Origin: Terriglobia bacterium
GTDB taxonomy: Bacteria; Acidobacteriota; Terriglobia; JAJPHL01; JAPKYU01
DNA length: 64,000 nucleotides
Assembly: GCA_965206645.1 (NCBI GenBank)
Contig: CBDBKE010000004.1
Span: forward strand, 1,920,001 to 1,984,000
Reading direction: 5' to 3'
The number at the start of each line of letters is the position of its first letter. Position 1 is the first letter of the stretch. The translations under genes were made by a program, and so were the position numbers. Shown here one piece after another: positions 1-9,781 of this stretch. The notes beneath the pieces are model-generated. The model did no database searches and was not told the DNA's origin. It saw only the letters and a program-made list of their open reading frames with translations.

Positions 1-337
1 CAGTAGCCTTGGGGTCTGCCGACTTCCACAGCCTTCATGACCTTTACCTTGCCATCGTCGATCTTCGCGATGACCACCCATGTCCACGCCTGATTATGTT
101 CGTCAAACCTGACATGTCCAGCGATTGTCTTCAGATCCACCTTTGTCAGTCCTTCCCTTATGGCGTCGGGTGTGGCTGCTTGTGATATCCTGATTGCCTC
201 CGCGATCAACTGAACACCAACATAGCTATAAGCGGAATGTTCAATGAGGTCATATCCCCACCTCGCGATATAATCCTCCTCGAACTTCTTGTTCATCGGA
301 TCCTGTATCTTGGATACCAGGATTCACAGCCAAACAA
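1..337 (-). pseudogene. C-terminal part of branched-chain amino acid (LivJ/LivK-like) ABC substrate-binding protein, cut off from its 5' part by IS1380
   Basis: Minus-strand translation reads ..DPMNKKFEEDYIARWGYDLIEHSAYSYVGVQLIAEAIR..GHVRFDEHNQAW..; continues the fragment at 3034-3872. Confidence 0.75.
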
Positions 338-1347
338 CCCGGATTTCCTTTTTGGAAACGCAGCGGCAACCTTCAGCTAACCTCCAACGTCAATGTTGAT
401 ACTGGTTGCAGCATCAATCGGAGCGTTCGGAGGCGTAAACCCAATGGGTGAGAGCGGAAAACAGGGATTTCAGCTGTCGTTCAACCGATTCCTGCGAGTC
501 GGATTTCAGGGATCACGGGTGACTTCCAATGGTGGACTGATTCTGGTCTGGGAGTTGGATGAGCGTCTGGGATTCAGCGAACTCATTGACGAGCACCTGA
601 CCGATTCGCGGGCAAACAATGCTCGGTTTTCTTTCGCGGACTTGCTGCGGCAGTCGGTCTACAGTCGCCTAGCTGGATACGAGGATGTAAATGATGCCGA
701 GCGGCTGTCGCAAGACCCGACCTTTCGGCTGATTGGTTCAGAGAAGACTTGGGAACGAGGCGCGGCGCTGACCTCCAGGTTGCAAACTTTCGAGACGGAG
801 ATGCTGGCGAAGGTGGAGAACTTCGTCGGGTTAGCCCGGATCAACCGGGAACTGATCGGAAAGGTCGAAGCCTTCCAGTGGCACTACCGAGCGGTGCTGG
901 ATATGGACTCAACCGAGATTCCGGTCTGCGGGGAGCAGGAACAGAGCGCCTACAACGGACACTTCGAGTCCACTTGCTATCACCCGCTGCTTTTGTTCAA
1001 TCGAGACGGCGACTGTCTGGCGGCCCAGCTCCGTCCGGGCAACGTGCACAGTGCCGAGGGTTGGGAGAAACTCCTGTTACCCGAGATTGAGCGCCAGCAA
1101 AGAATGGGAAAAGAGATTGCGTTTCGGGCGGACGCGGCCTTTGCCAAGCCGGAGGTGTACGAGGCATTGGAGGAACGGGGTGTGAAGTACGCAATTCGCA
1201 TCCCGGCCAACGATATTCTGCAGCGAGACATCGAAGAGCTACTGAAACGCCCCGTGGGAAGGCCCACCAAGAAACCGCTGGTCGAGTACAAGGGGTTCTT
1301 GTACCAGGCAGCCGGTTGTGACCTGCCGGCTTTCTTCGGACCACCGA

Positions 1348-2271
1348 TTACTGGAGAACAGCGCCAGTCGGCATGGTTAAGTCGCTCTCGTGTTCTTCTT
1401 GGTCAGCGTGAGCCGGCATCGCCGGCGAGCGCCCACCGTCATCCGAGCCAGCACGGAGCTGCGCTTTGAACTCGGCTGGCGTCAGATAGCCAAGGCTCGA
1501 GTGCGGTCGCACGTCGTTGTAGTGCCGTCGCCATTGCTCGATCCCCACCTTCGCGTCCACGCGGTTCCGAAACCACTGCAGGCTCAGATACTCGTCGCGG
1601 AACTTCCCGTTGAACGATTCGTCGGTCGCATTCTGCCACGGCTTGCCCGGCTCGATGAGCGCGGTTTCGATCTGCGCCTGGAGCAGCCACCGGAGAATCG
1701 CACCCGCGACAAACTCGGGGCCGTTGTCGGACCGGAGGTAACGTGGGGCTCCGTGGACGCTCACGAGCTGCGTGAGCACCTCGATAACGCGCCCGGACCG
1801 AATGCCGCCGGCCACGTCGATCGCGAGTGACTCGCGGGTCCATTCGTCGACGACGGTGAGGCACTTGAGCGTCTGCCCATTCGCGCAGGTGTCGAACACG
1901 AAGTCGTACGCCCAGACGTGATTGACCGCAGTGGCGGGCACCGGGCGGGGCCGGCTCAGGGCGACCCGGCGCCGCGGCCGCCGCCGAGGCACCTGCAACC
2001 CCGCCTGGCGCCAGAGGCGATGGGTCCGGTCCGTGCTCATCGTGTGCCCTTCGCGTTTTAGGAAAATCCGAATCCGGCGATAGCCGTACCGCGGATACTG
2101 CGCCGCCAGACGACGCATCGCGGCCAGCGCCGGGGCATCCCGGTCGACCAGCCGCGACTGGTAGCCCAGCGTGGACCGTGCGACGGAGAGCAAGGCGCAC
2201 GCGCGGCGACCCGACAGACCGCGTGCACGTGCATACGCGACCTGCGGCCGGCGCACGCGTGCGCCTACCAT
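1348..2271 (-). CDS. IS3 transposase OrfB (rve integrase core)
   Basis: WAYDF, RSDNGPEF, ESFNGKFRDE motifs. Confidence 0.9.
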   Translation of the reverse strand: MVGARVRRPQVAYARARGLSGRRACALLSVARSTLGYQSRLVDRDAPALAAMRRLAAQYPRYGYRRIRIFLKREGHTMSTDRTHRLWRQAGLQVPRRRPRRRVALSRPRPVPATAVNHVWAYDFVFDTCANGQTLKCLTVVDEWTRESLAIDVAGGIRSGRVIEVLTQLVSVHGAPRYLRSDNGPEFVAGAILRWLLQAQIETALIEPGKPWQNATDESFNGKFRDEYLSLQWFRNRVDAKVGIEQWRRHYNDVRPHSSLGYLTPAEFKAQLRAGSDDGGRSPAMPAHADQEEHESDLTMPTGAVLQ

Positions 2272-2528
2272 TTTTTTCGGGTGATCTCCTTGAGCACGTC
2301 GATCTCCAGATCTCGATCGGCCACCATCTTTTTCAGCCGGCCGTTCTCCTGCTCGAGCTGCCGCAGCCGCTTCACATCGGCGGGCTCCAACGTGCCGAAG
2401 TGTTTCCGCCAGGCGTAGAGCGTCTGGGCGCTGACGCCGTTCTTTTTGGCCACCTCCGGAACGGGCCGCTGATCGGCCTCGCGGAGGATCGTCACCATCT
2501 GCTCTTCGGTAAACCGGGTCTTCTTCAT
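2265..2528 (-). CDS. IS3 transposase OrfA (HTH)
   Basis: MKKTRFTEEQMVTILRE..RLRQLEQENGRLKK. Confidence 0.9.
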   Translation of the reverse strand: MKKTRFTEEQMVTILREADQRPVPEVAKKNGVSAQTLYAWRKHFGTLEPADVKRLRQLEQENGRLKKMVADRDLEIDVLKEITRKKW

Positions 2529-3033
2529 GGCTCCCTCGTTTCTCCGAGGGCGCCATTCTCTCAGGCTTCAGCTGGTCCGGAAATCGCCAGGCAGGTCAGT
2601 TGGAAGACGGCTCGAAGGGTGCTGGCGAAAGTAGAGCATCATTCCGGGGAGTTGTTCCCGCGAGTGGGGTTCATTGTAACGAATCTGACGCTGCCGAATC
2701 GGGCGGTGGTGCGGTTCTATAACAAGCGCGGCACCGCAGAACAGTGGATCAAGGAAGGCAAGCAGGCGGTGAAGATGACGCGGCTCAGTTGCCACAAGTT
2801 CCGATCTAACGAGGTACGGCTTTGGCTGACGATCATCGCCTACAACCTGGGCAACCTGTGGCGACGGCTAGTGCTGCCACAGAGAATCGAGAAATGGTCC
2901 TTGACGAGCCTCCAGCAGCGGCTGGTGAAAACCGGAGGACGGCTCCTAAAACACTCACGGTACTACTGGCTCCTGCTGGCCGAGGGCCATTTGACCCGAC
3001 GGCTGTTTGCCAGCATCCTGGGGCGGATCGATG

Positions 3034-3872
3034 ATTAGTCCTTGGGCGATTTCTTTTCCCACCAGCTTCACAAATTGCTCGTTGACCATCTCGCCCTGAT
3101 TGAATACAAGCATCTTCATTCCGAGCTCGGTATATTGTTTCATAATGACAGCACCGCTTCCCGTCCTTGCGGCCACGAGAAGCGCATCTGGGTTAAGCCC
3201 TTTGATTTTTGTAAGTACGGACATGAAATTAGTCTCGCCTTCTTCATAAGAATCGACGTTGAGGACCTTTCCACCTTCACTTTCGACGACTCGTTTGAAC
3301 GAACTCGCTACCCCTCGCCCCCAGTCGTCATTGACGAGCAGAAAGCTGACGTTCTCTCCCCCAGTTCCACGATCATCTGTTGAGTTCCACGATCATCTTG
3401 GCAAAAACGGTAGCATTCATGTCGTCGGGAAGGTTGGCACGGAAGATCCATTGATTGCCACCCACCCCTGCTCTCACCGTGATCATCGGGTTCGTTGAGG
3501 TCTCAACGACATGTGGAATCTTTCCTGTTGATTGATCGGCATGGCCGCCAGCGCGGCCGAACTGCATCCGTGTCCGATTGTGGCTACAACTCTATCTCTC
3601 GTAATGATCTTTCTTGTGGCCGAAACCGATTCTGCAGGATTGCATTTGTCATCCGCCGCATACAACCTAAGGGAGCGGCCCAACAATCCACCGGCAGCAT
3701 TTATCTGCTCCACCGCAAGCGTCGCACCCTTCACGCCTTCGCTGCCCACAAGTGCAACAGAGCCCGCAAGGGGACCAACATACCCAATCCGGATCGATTC
3801 TATTTTAGATGCACAAGAAGAGAGGAAAATGAAGGCCATTAACGTCGCCGTGACTATCCCTTTGTTCTGCAT
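3034..3872 (-). pseudogene. N-terminal part of ABC substrate-binding lipoprotein (LivJ-like), frameshifted
   Basis: Lipobox LSSC, IRIGYVGPLAG, AVEQINAAGGLLGR, DDKCNP; spread over three frames, with a 16-bp sequence repeated at 3363 and 3383. Confidence 0.85.
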
Positions 3873-3948
3873 GATCCTTCCCTCTTTTTCAGTGTTACGT
3901 TCCTTGGACCTACACACCTTCATCTTTTCTGTCTCTATCATCTGCCCC

Positions 3949-4662
3949 TCAGAATTGTTTCAGTAACCTTCCGAAACCCGAGATGGAATCTCCACATCCA
4001 ATCTTTCGGAGGGCAGCCCGGAAGGTCGCTTGATTGCTCGTCACCACCGGTTTCTTGCAGTCCTTCTCCAATCGTTTTATGATGTCCATCGTTCGGAAGT
4101 TCGTACAGCTAATGAAAATCGCGTCCGCAGAGGAATCATCCATGCCTTTTACGAATCGGTATGTATTGTCTGGCATCTCGCAGCCGATTAGGAAGGCATC
4201 TCTAATTTCCAGCCCTTTTATCGTGAGAACTCCGAAACCGTTTTCTTCGAGATACAATTTCTCCAATCGATTAATCTCATCAGGGTAGGGTGTCGCAACG
4301 ACAAGCATCTTTGCCTCGAGGTTTTTCAACGCTAGTACCACGGCCCCTGATGTGGTCACTGAAGGGATATGCGAGGTTCTCTCGATTCTCTCCTTCAGCT
4401 CGTCTTCACCCGTTCCACCCTTCACAAAACTGCCGGACGTGCAAGTGAAGGCAATGACATCCACGTGTGCGCTGGCCAATTCATCTGCGGCCCTTTCGAC
4501 ATGCTTGAGCATCGCCAAGGTATCGTCATAGTCAGTGCTGGTGTTTCTTATCCTCGCCGCAAAACATGAAACTCCTTCAGGAACAGCCCGATTCATTTCT
4601 GGCTTCGCAACTGTGTTCGCGGAAGGGACCAACAATCCGATTTTTCCCCGCCAGCCGTACAT
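3949..4662 (-). CDS. Maleate cis-trans isomerase / Asp-Glu racemase family protein
   Basis: IGLLVPSANT, CTSGS, TPYPDEIN, ISCTNF, VVTSNQA; GGAGG RBS before ATG 4662. Confidence 0.85.
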   Translation of the reverse strand: MYGWRGKIGLLVPSANTVAKPEMNRAVPEGVSCFAARIRNTSTDYDDTLAMLKHVERAADELASAHVDVIAFTCTSGSFVKGGTGEDELKERIERTSHIPSVTTSGAVVLALKNLEAKMLVVATPYPDEINRLEKLYLEENGFGVLTIKGLEIRDAFLIGCEMPDNTYRFVKGMDDSSADAIFISCTNFRTMDIIKRLEKDCKKPVVTSNQATFRAALRKIGCGDSISGFGRLLKQF

Positions 4663-4755
4663 GTTCAACCTCCTTTGCACCATCCCATTGACCTGACCGG
4701 CACTTTTTGTACCAAGTGGAAAGAGAGAGAATCCACTTGAGGAGGAAGTGAGGTC

Positions 4756-5034
4756 ATGCCGACAAGGAGTTACAAGCCGGAGCAGATTGTAGCGGTGCTA
4801 CGGCAGATAGAAGTGCAGATGGGGAACGGGAAGACTGCGCCCCAAGCCTGCAAAGAAGCTGGAATCCACACCCAAACCTACTACCGGTGGCGGAAGGAAT
4901 ACGGCGGGCTGAAGGTGGTGCAGGCAAAACGGCTAAAGGAGTTGGAGAAGGAAAACACGCGGCTGAAGCGGTTGGTAGCGGAGCTTTCTCTGGAGAAGCA
5001 GGTGCTGCGGGATGTGGCACAGGGAAACTTCTGA
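4756..5034 (+). CDS. IS3 transposase OrfA
   Basis: YKPEQIVAVLRQ..RLKELEKENTRLKRLVAEL; GGGAAAC slippery site near the end. Confidence 0.9.
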   Translation: MPTRSYKPEQIVAVLRQIEVQMGNGKTAPQACKEAGIHTQTYYRWRKEYGGLKVVQAKRLKELEKENTRLKRLVAELSLEKQVLRDVAQGNF

Positions 5035-5900
5035 GCCCTGAGCGGCGGCGTTGTGCGGTGGAACGTGCGTGGGAGCAACACGGGTTGTTGGAACGGCATG
5101 CCTGCCGGCTGCTGGGGCAATGGCGAGGGACACAACGATACGAGCCGATTCATCGGGTGGACGAGGATGCTCTGACCCGAGCGATCATTGCCCTGGGAGC
5201 GAAGTACGGGCGATATGGCTACCGGAGGATCACAGCGTTGCTGCGGAGTGCGGGCTGGGAAGTGGGCAAGGACCGGGTGCAGCGGATTTGGCGGCGGGAA
5301 GGGCTGAAAGTGCCGCAAAAACAAAGGCCGCGAGGACGGCTGTGGCTGAACGACGGTTCCTGTGTACGACTGAGGCCGGAGCGACCGAACCACGTGTGGA
5401 GCTACGACTTCATGAGTGCCAGAACGCACGAGGGGAGAACGCTGCGGCTGCTGACCTTGCTGGATGAGTACACGCGGGAATGCCTGGCGATCCGGGTGGA
5501 GCGGAGGATGGGCAGCCAACAAATCATTGAGGCGTTGTCGGACGTGATGTTGTGGCGAGGGATACCGGAACAGATTCGATCCGACAATGGTCCCGAGTTC
5601 ATCGCCAAACAACTGCGCCAGTGGTTGGCAAATCTAGGGACCGGGACACTGTACATCGAACCGGGCAGTCCCTGGGAGAACGGGTACTGCGAGAGTTTCA
5701 ATGGGAAGCTGCGGGACGAATGCCTGAATGGAGAGATCTTCTACTCGTTGAAGGAGGCACAGGTGGTGATTGAACAGTGGAGGGTGCAATACAACACGGT
5801 GCGGCCGCACTCGGCGCTCGGCTATAGGCCCCCGGCGCCGGGGGCCTATAGCCCTCCCCTGCCACTGAAACCAGTTTCACAGCCCCAGGCTGCGATGTAA
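5031..5900 (+). CDS. IS3 transposase OrfB
   Basis: WSYDF, RSDNGPEF, ESFNGKLRDECL. Confidence 0.9.
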   Translation: MSPERRRCAVERAWEQHGLLERHACRLLGQWRGTQRYEPIHRVDEDALTRAIIALGAKYGRYGYRRITALLRSAGWEVGKDRVQRIWRREGLKVPQKQRPRGRLWLNDGSCVRLRPERPNHVWSYDFMSARTHEGRTLRLLTLLDEYTRECLAIRVERRMGSQQIIEALSDVMLWRGIPEQIRSDNGPEFIAKQLRQWLANLGTGTLYIEPGSPWENGYCESFNGKLRDECLNGEIFYSLKEAQVVIEQWRVQYNTVRPHSALGYRPPAPGAYSPPLPLKPVSQPQAAM

Positions 5901-5938
5901 ACTCTCACTACGGTTGGTACAAAAAATCGGTCTGGTCA

Positions 5939-6597
5939 GCTGAGGCGTTCAGCTCCATGAAAACCGGGATGTCGAGAGAGGCGATGAGCTCCCAGAACGG
6001 GCTCATGCGTGCATCGTTGAAGGCCCACCGGAATCCATAGCGGGCGAAGGAATCCACCGAGTAATAGAGTCCGCGCAGGCCCAGGCGGCGGTAGGCGCGT
6101 TCCACCTCTTCCATCCACCGGGGGGTGTAGGCCATGGCGTCGTCCACGTGTAAGAGGCCGGTGAATTTGGTAGGGTGCGCGCTTTGCGCGCAAGCGTTGT
6201 AGTCGTTCATCATGCCGTAGGTCGGCCCCGCTTGAAGCACGCAGTGGCTGACCCCCGCGTAGCCCATCTGGGCCAGCATCAGCTCAGGCGGAGATTGTAT
6301 CGCGGCCATGCCAACGGGATAATACTGGACGAAATAGTCCGTGCCGTCGATGGTGAACTCCATGCGGCCGCATGTTCCCACCCGAAACCCGATATCGTCG
6401 CGCAGACCGTCCCAAGAGTTGTCGCCCGGGCGAAAGAGCAGTTGGGCATCGGCAGGGGCGCTGTCGCGCGTCCGGAAGACCCGCGCCGCCGGTCGAGTAA
6501 GGTTTTTCTGGATATACTTAAGATGAAGATCCTTGGCGTCATGCTCGCATTTGCCGTGCCAGTTTCCGAAGATATGGGCATGGGAATCGACGATCAT
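5939..6597 (-). pseudogene. Amidohydrolase family protein, 3'-truncated by IS3
   Basis: MIVDSHAH (DxHxH) start with GGAGG RBS; reading frame runs into the IS end. Confidence 0.75.
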
Positions 6598-6647
6598 CGG
6601 TTTGCTCCTCCAACGGAGGAATTGTCTCACGACTGTCGGCCAAGCGG

Positions 6648-6730
6648 GCCTAACGATGGGCTGCAACAGAGCCGGGCTGCAGCAAAGCCGCCAAAAGCGA
6701 GGGTTTGGCTGCAGCGCCTGGTCGTTAGGC
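6648..6730. other. attC-like integron recombination site (imperfect)
   Basis: Begins GCCTAAC (RYYYAAC), ends GTTAGGC (GTTRRRY), internal GCTGCAAC/GCTGCAGC boxes, 83 bp. Confidence 0.55.
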
Positions 6731-6815
6731 ACAACGTGCAGGCAAAGCGTGAACGACTATGCATAGTGACAAGCTAGGCCAGTTGTCACCGGAGATCAAC
6801 CTTTGCCTGGGTGAA

Positions 6816-6994
6816 GTGCTGGAGTTCAGACGCTCGCTCACTGAGAAGGCCGATCGGACTTGTGCTCTTCTAGCCGGCTCCTTGTGGACGGCGAGCTCGA
6901 GAAGCTCATGAGAGAACTTCTCGTCGGGGACGCCGATGTTGCCGGCCGGCTCTTCAGGCCGGATGGGACGCAGGGTCTTGGAAGGGCATGTTGA
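6816..6994 (+). pseudogene. Degenerate MltR (mannitol repressor-like) family fragment
   Basis: FRRSLTEKADRTCALLAGS, then a frameshift, then ELEKLMRELLVGDADVAGRLF; resembles the ESDRGCAL..LEKLL motif. Confidence 0.4.
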
Positions 6995-6995
6995 T

Positions 6996-7017
6996 GCCTA
7001 ACAAGCCGCTGCAGCCG
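6996..7017 (+). other. Left half of an attC-like site
   Basis: GCCTAAC-AAGCC-GCTGCAGC directly after a stop codon; no right half found. Confidence 0.5.
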
Positions 7018-7070
7018 GGCAGGCACACAGGCACGTGAACCCGGGGGCGCAAGCTTTGTCATTCGTCACA

Positions 7071-8165
7071 CTACTGCGCGTGGTGCGGATGATAGCCTCT
7101 AACGTTGAGCCGGACCCGGTAAAGGCTGGTGTCGATGGTCACATAGAGCACGTTCGCCTCTTCGCCGATGCCGAATTCGACATTGCTTGGCAAGCCCACT
7201 AGTTTCTCTGCGCCTTCCTGGTGGGGCGGACCCGTGGGGATGAACCCGAGTTCTTCGCCTTCGGGATTTATGATCACTACCCCGGGTCGTTTCGCGCTGC
7301 GGACCGCCAGATAGATGTTTCCTTCTTCGTCCACGGTCATGCCGTCGCAGCCGGCTTGGTCTCCAAAGTCCACTAGGGTCTTCCGTTCGCCCGATACCAA
7401 GCCATCTGGACTGAGTGGGAAAGCATAGACTTTCATTGGTCCCTGCGTTGCGGGCGGCGCATTAGGGTCGTCGACATGCTCACTCCCGTTGTCGAGGTCG
7501 GCTGCGTAAAGCGTTTTCTCATCCAGGCTAAGGGCCACACCGTTCGGTTTAGCTACCTCGCGAGTAATTTCAATGACCGTCCCATCTTTGTTGACCCTGA
7601 AAATAGCGAAGTAGTCGAGATCGCGAGTTTCTGGGCCCAGGTATCGCGGATCGCTGAAGTAGACGCGTCCCCGGTTGTCGATAGCGACGTCGTTGGGCGC
7701 GTTAAATTTCTTGCCCTTGTAGTTGTCCGCCAATGTTGTGCGCTTGCCGGTTTCAACGTTCCAGCGCGAAATCTGCCGGCCGCCGTAGTCGGCCCCCTCG
7801 GCGGCAATCAAATGACCCTCGGCGTCGAAGGCTAGCCCGTTGGACTTGTGGCTGTCTTTGGCAAAGACAGTGGTCTCGCCTGTTTTCGTGTCGAAGCGCA
7901 GGATCATGCCTTTATCTTTTCCGAAGGCGATGTCCGAAAAGTAGATGCTGCCGTCGGGTGCCACTGCCGGTCCCTCTGTCAGGCCTCCCTTGATGTCGGC
8001 CGTTCGCGTGAAAACGTGTTCCAGCTTGGCGTCGGTCGGGACGATTTTTCCCTCGACTGGAGCAGTGGCCTTCTCGGGCGCTTTTGGTGTACCGCATGAA
8101 AACAGAAATCCTGTTATCAACAGGAAGGGGAAAGTGGTTTTGCTAAGTTGCATGGGTTGTTCCAT
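7071..8165 (-). CDS. SMP-30/gluconolactonase/LRE family lipoprotein
   Basis: Lipobox LFSC; TEGP, SNGL, NAPND, KPNGV, CDGMTVD motifs. Confidence 0.9.
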   Translation of the reverse strand: MEQPMQLSKTTFPFLLITGFLFSCGTPKAPEKATAPVEGKIVPTDAKLEHVFTRTADIKGGLTEGPAVAPDGSIYFSDIAFGKDKGMILRFDTKTGETTVFAKDSHKSNGLAFDAEGHLIAAEGADYGGRQISRWNVETGKRTTLADNYKGKKFNAPNDVAIDNRGRVYFSDPRYLGPETRDLDYFAIFRVNKDGTVIEITREVAKPNGVALSLDEKTLYAADLDNGSEHVDDPNAPPATQGPMKVYAFPLSPDGLVSGERKTLVDFGDQAGCDGMTVDEEGNIYLAVRSAKRPGVVIINPEGEELGFIPTGPPHQEGAEKLVGLPSNVEFGIGEEANVLYVTIDTSLYRVRLNVRGYHPHHAQ

Positions 8166-8351
8166 TCATCACGACACCTACCGCGAACCGACGGTCTTCC
8201 CGGTCCGTGCACGCGTCGTAGTGGCGAAAAACGCGTTTGCGAGGCTCTCGCGTCCCGACGCTTAGCCCCCAGAGCCTGGCGCTTCAGACACGGATCGACC
8301 AATTATGCCAGATAGATCCTCCCGGCGTCCAGATACGTCCAGGTTGGAACG

Positions 8352-8392
8352 TAGGTAAACACTAGCCCGCTAGTGTGGACCTATCCGGCATT
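8352..8392 (+). repeat. REP-like hairpin repeat, copy 1
   Basis: TAGGT-AAA-CACTAG-CCCG-CTAGTG-TGG-ACCTA hairpin; related copies at 8950, 9032 and 27361. Confidence 0.6.
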
Positions 8393-8405
8393 GCTGAACC
8401 CGACC

Positions 8406-8930
8406 TCAGCGCACTTTAACGACGAAGTAGAGGAAGGGCGCCTTCACTTGCTTGAACCAGTGGGGCGTGCTTTGAGGCACGATGATGACGTCGCCTTTAA
8501 CTAACTGGTGAGTCTTGCCGTCGCGGATGGATGCCCCAAGGATCTCATTCGGCGCGGTTGTCTTTCCGCCCACGACCGTGCCTCCGGTGACGAAAGTTGC
8601 GGTGCCTCGGAGCACATAAAAAATATCCGTATCCAACAGGTGTACTTCAACCTCGCCGGCCTTTTCCCGCCGACTGGCGTGCACCTGGTAGTTGCGCCCG
8701 GGCTCTTCGCCCAGCACCACCGCGCCCCGGTCAAAGGCGGCAGCCACCTGGGTGGTGTCGAAATAGAGAACCGGCAGAGAGGTCGTGCTGCTCGCAGTCA
8801 GGGCACCGACGGCGGTTTTCGCCAGCGCAACATCAACAGTCAAAATCCTCTTGTGGTCCGCCGCGAGAGAGATCGCCGACACCGAGACCAATAGAAAGAG
8901 CGTCGAAACCAGGGTTGATCTTCGAATCAT
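8406..8930 (-). CDS. Secreted cupin-domain protein
   Basis: Signal peptide; EVHLLDTDIFYVLRG and GDVIIVPQSTPHWF cupin motifs. Confidence 0.85.
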   Translation of the reverse strand: MIRRSTLVSTLFLLVSVSAISLAADHKRILTVDVALAKTAVGALTASSTTSLPVLYFDTTQVAAAFDRGAVVLGEEPGRNYQVHASRREKAGEVEVHLLDTDIFYVLRGTATFVTGGTVVGGKTTAPNEILGASIRDGKTHQLVKGDVIIVPQSTPHWFKQVKAPFLYFVVKVR

Positions 8931-8949
8931 GAACCACCTCCTCGAACTA

Positions 8950-8994
8950 TTGCCGTGACAGATAGGTCCCGACTAGTCGGTTAGTGTTTACCTA
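8950..8994 (-). repeat. REP-like hairpin repeat, copy 2 (inverted)
   Basis: Reverse complement TAGGTAAACACTAACCGACTAGTCGGGACCTATC matches copy 1. Confidence 0.6.
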
Positions 8995-9031
8995 TCCTTA
9001 CTAAGGAACACCATACCATCCAGGCAGAACA

Positions 9032-9072
9032 TTGGTAAACGCTAGCCCGTTAGGGAAGACTTATCCGGCATT
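9032..9072 (+). repeat. REP-like repeat, copy 3
   Basis: TTGGTAAACGCTAGCCCGTTAGGGAAGACTTATCCGGCATT. Confidence 0.55.
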
Positions 9073-9074
9073 TA

Positions 9075-9326
9075 GGATCACGGGGCAACCATGCGAGCAG
9101 GCTATGCCACCGGGGAATCAGTGGCGCGGCTAAGGGCATAATGAAGAGATGTGGCAGAGTCTAGGTCGCGCGGGCCTTAAACTGTCAACGACGGCAGAGC
9201 TAACGGCGCTTGGCCGGGTCGCCGCGTTGACTTGGCTGCGGGCGGGGCGTAGCATGGCCGGCAAGAGGGCGGCGTGTGACCGGCCAGACTCTGGAACCGA
9301 GCAAGGGTTGAAACCGGAAATTCCGG
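9075..9326 (+). mobile_element. Probable orphan right end of an IS1380-family element (left limit uncertain)
   Basis: Ends in GGAAATTCCGG, identical to the IRR of copies b, c and d; preceded by a sigma70-like promoter. Confidence 0.5.
9227..9255 (+). promoter_or_regulatory. Putative outward sigma70 promoter
   Basis: TTGACT-17 bp-TAGCAT upstream of the lipoprotein gene. Confidence 0.45.
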
Positions 9327-9340
9327 CTAAGGGACACCAT

Positions 9341-9676
9341 ATGAGCGTTCGAGCAATTCCCGCAATCCTTCTTGTCACGTTATTTCTGTCCAGTTGTGGC
9401 AAACCAGTTCCGGCTGACAAAGCAGACTACGTTGGCCAGTGGAGGGCCCCAGAAATGTATCTGTTAATTACACAAGACGGGAGCATAGAATACGAACGGC
9501 TTAAGGAAGGGAGAAAAACGTCAATTACTGGACCTCTCCAAGGATTCCAAGGCGACGATTTCTCTGTTGGCATCTCATTCCTTTCAACCATCTTCGTCGT
9601 TTCCAAGCCGCCTTACCAAGAAGGCGGTAGATGGGAAATGGTCGTGGACGGTGTTGAACTAACTAAGGATCAATGA
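9341..9676 (+). CDS. Small hypothetical lipoprotein
   Basis: MSVRAIPAILLVTLFLSSC lipobox; AAGGGA RBS. Confidence 0.75.
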   Translation: MSVRAIPAILLVTLFLSSCGKPVPADKADYVGQWRAPEMYLLITQDGSIEYERLKEGRKTSITGPLQGFQGDDFSVGISFLSTIFVVSKPPYQEGGRWEMVVDGVELTKDQ

Positions 9677-9781
9677 GCAGGTCGGTAAATTGACCCTGGG
9701 GTAGTGGCTGAGGTCAACGAGTCGAGGGATGGGAAGCGCGACAGACGATCCGGTTTACGTTTCCAATCCCCACCGTCTCAT

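Larger units (their letters stand above)
1319..2598 (-). mobile_element. IS3-family element type A, copy 1 (1280 bp)
   Basis: TGACCTGCC..GGCAGGTCA termini, 4-bp GTTG target duplication, orfA/orfB with A7 slippery site. Confidence 0.95.
338..3033 (+). mobile_element. IS1380-family element (copy a), interrupted by IS3 and lacking its right end
   Basis: Left end CCCGGATTTCC at 338; DDE_Tnp_1_4-type transposase; homology to copy c stops at ..GGGCGGATCGATG (3033). Confidence 0.9.
444..3038 (+). pseudogene. IS1380 transposase split by IS3 insertion
   Basis: ORF 393..1469 (..YQAAG) and ORF 2178..3038 (WKTARRV..) join once the IS3 and one GTTG copy are removed. Confidence 0.9.
4689..5938 (+). mobile_element. 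IS3-family element type B, copy 1 (1250 bp)
   Basis: TGACCTGACC..GGTCTGGTCA termini; near-identical to 50496-51745; no target duplication. Confidence 0.95.

Noticed and set aside
8175-8280. Third attC-like site
   Set aside because: Has an ACCGACGG..CGCTTAGC feel but lacks RYYYAAC and GTTRRRY ends.
9731-9781. GGAAG as target duplication partner of 11440-11444 (second one-ended unit)
   Set aside because: The flanking sequence does not encode the missing SBBP C-terminus, and there is no IRR-like end.
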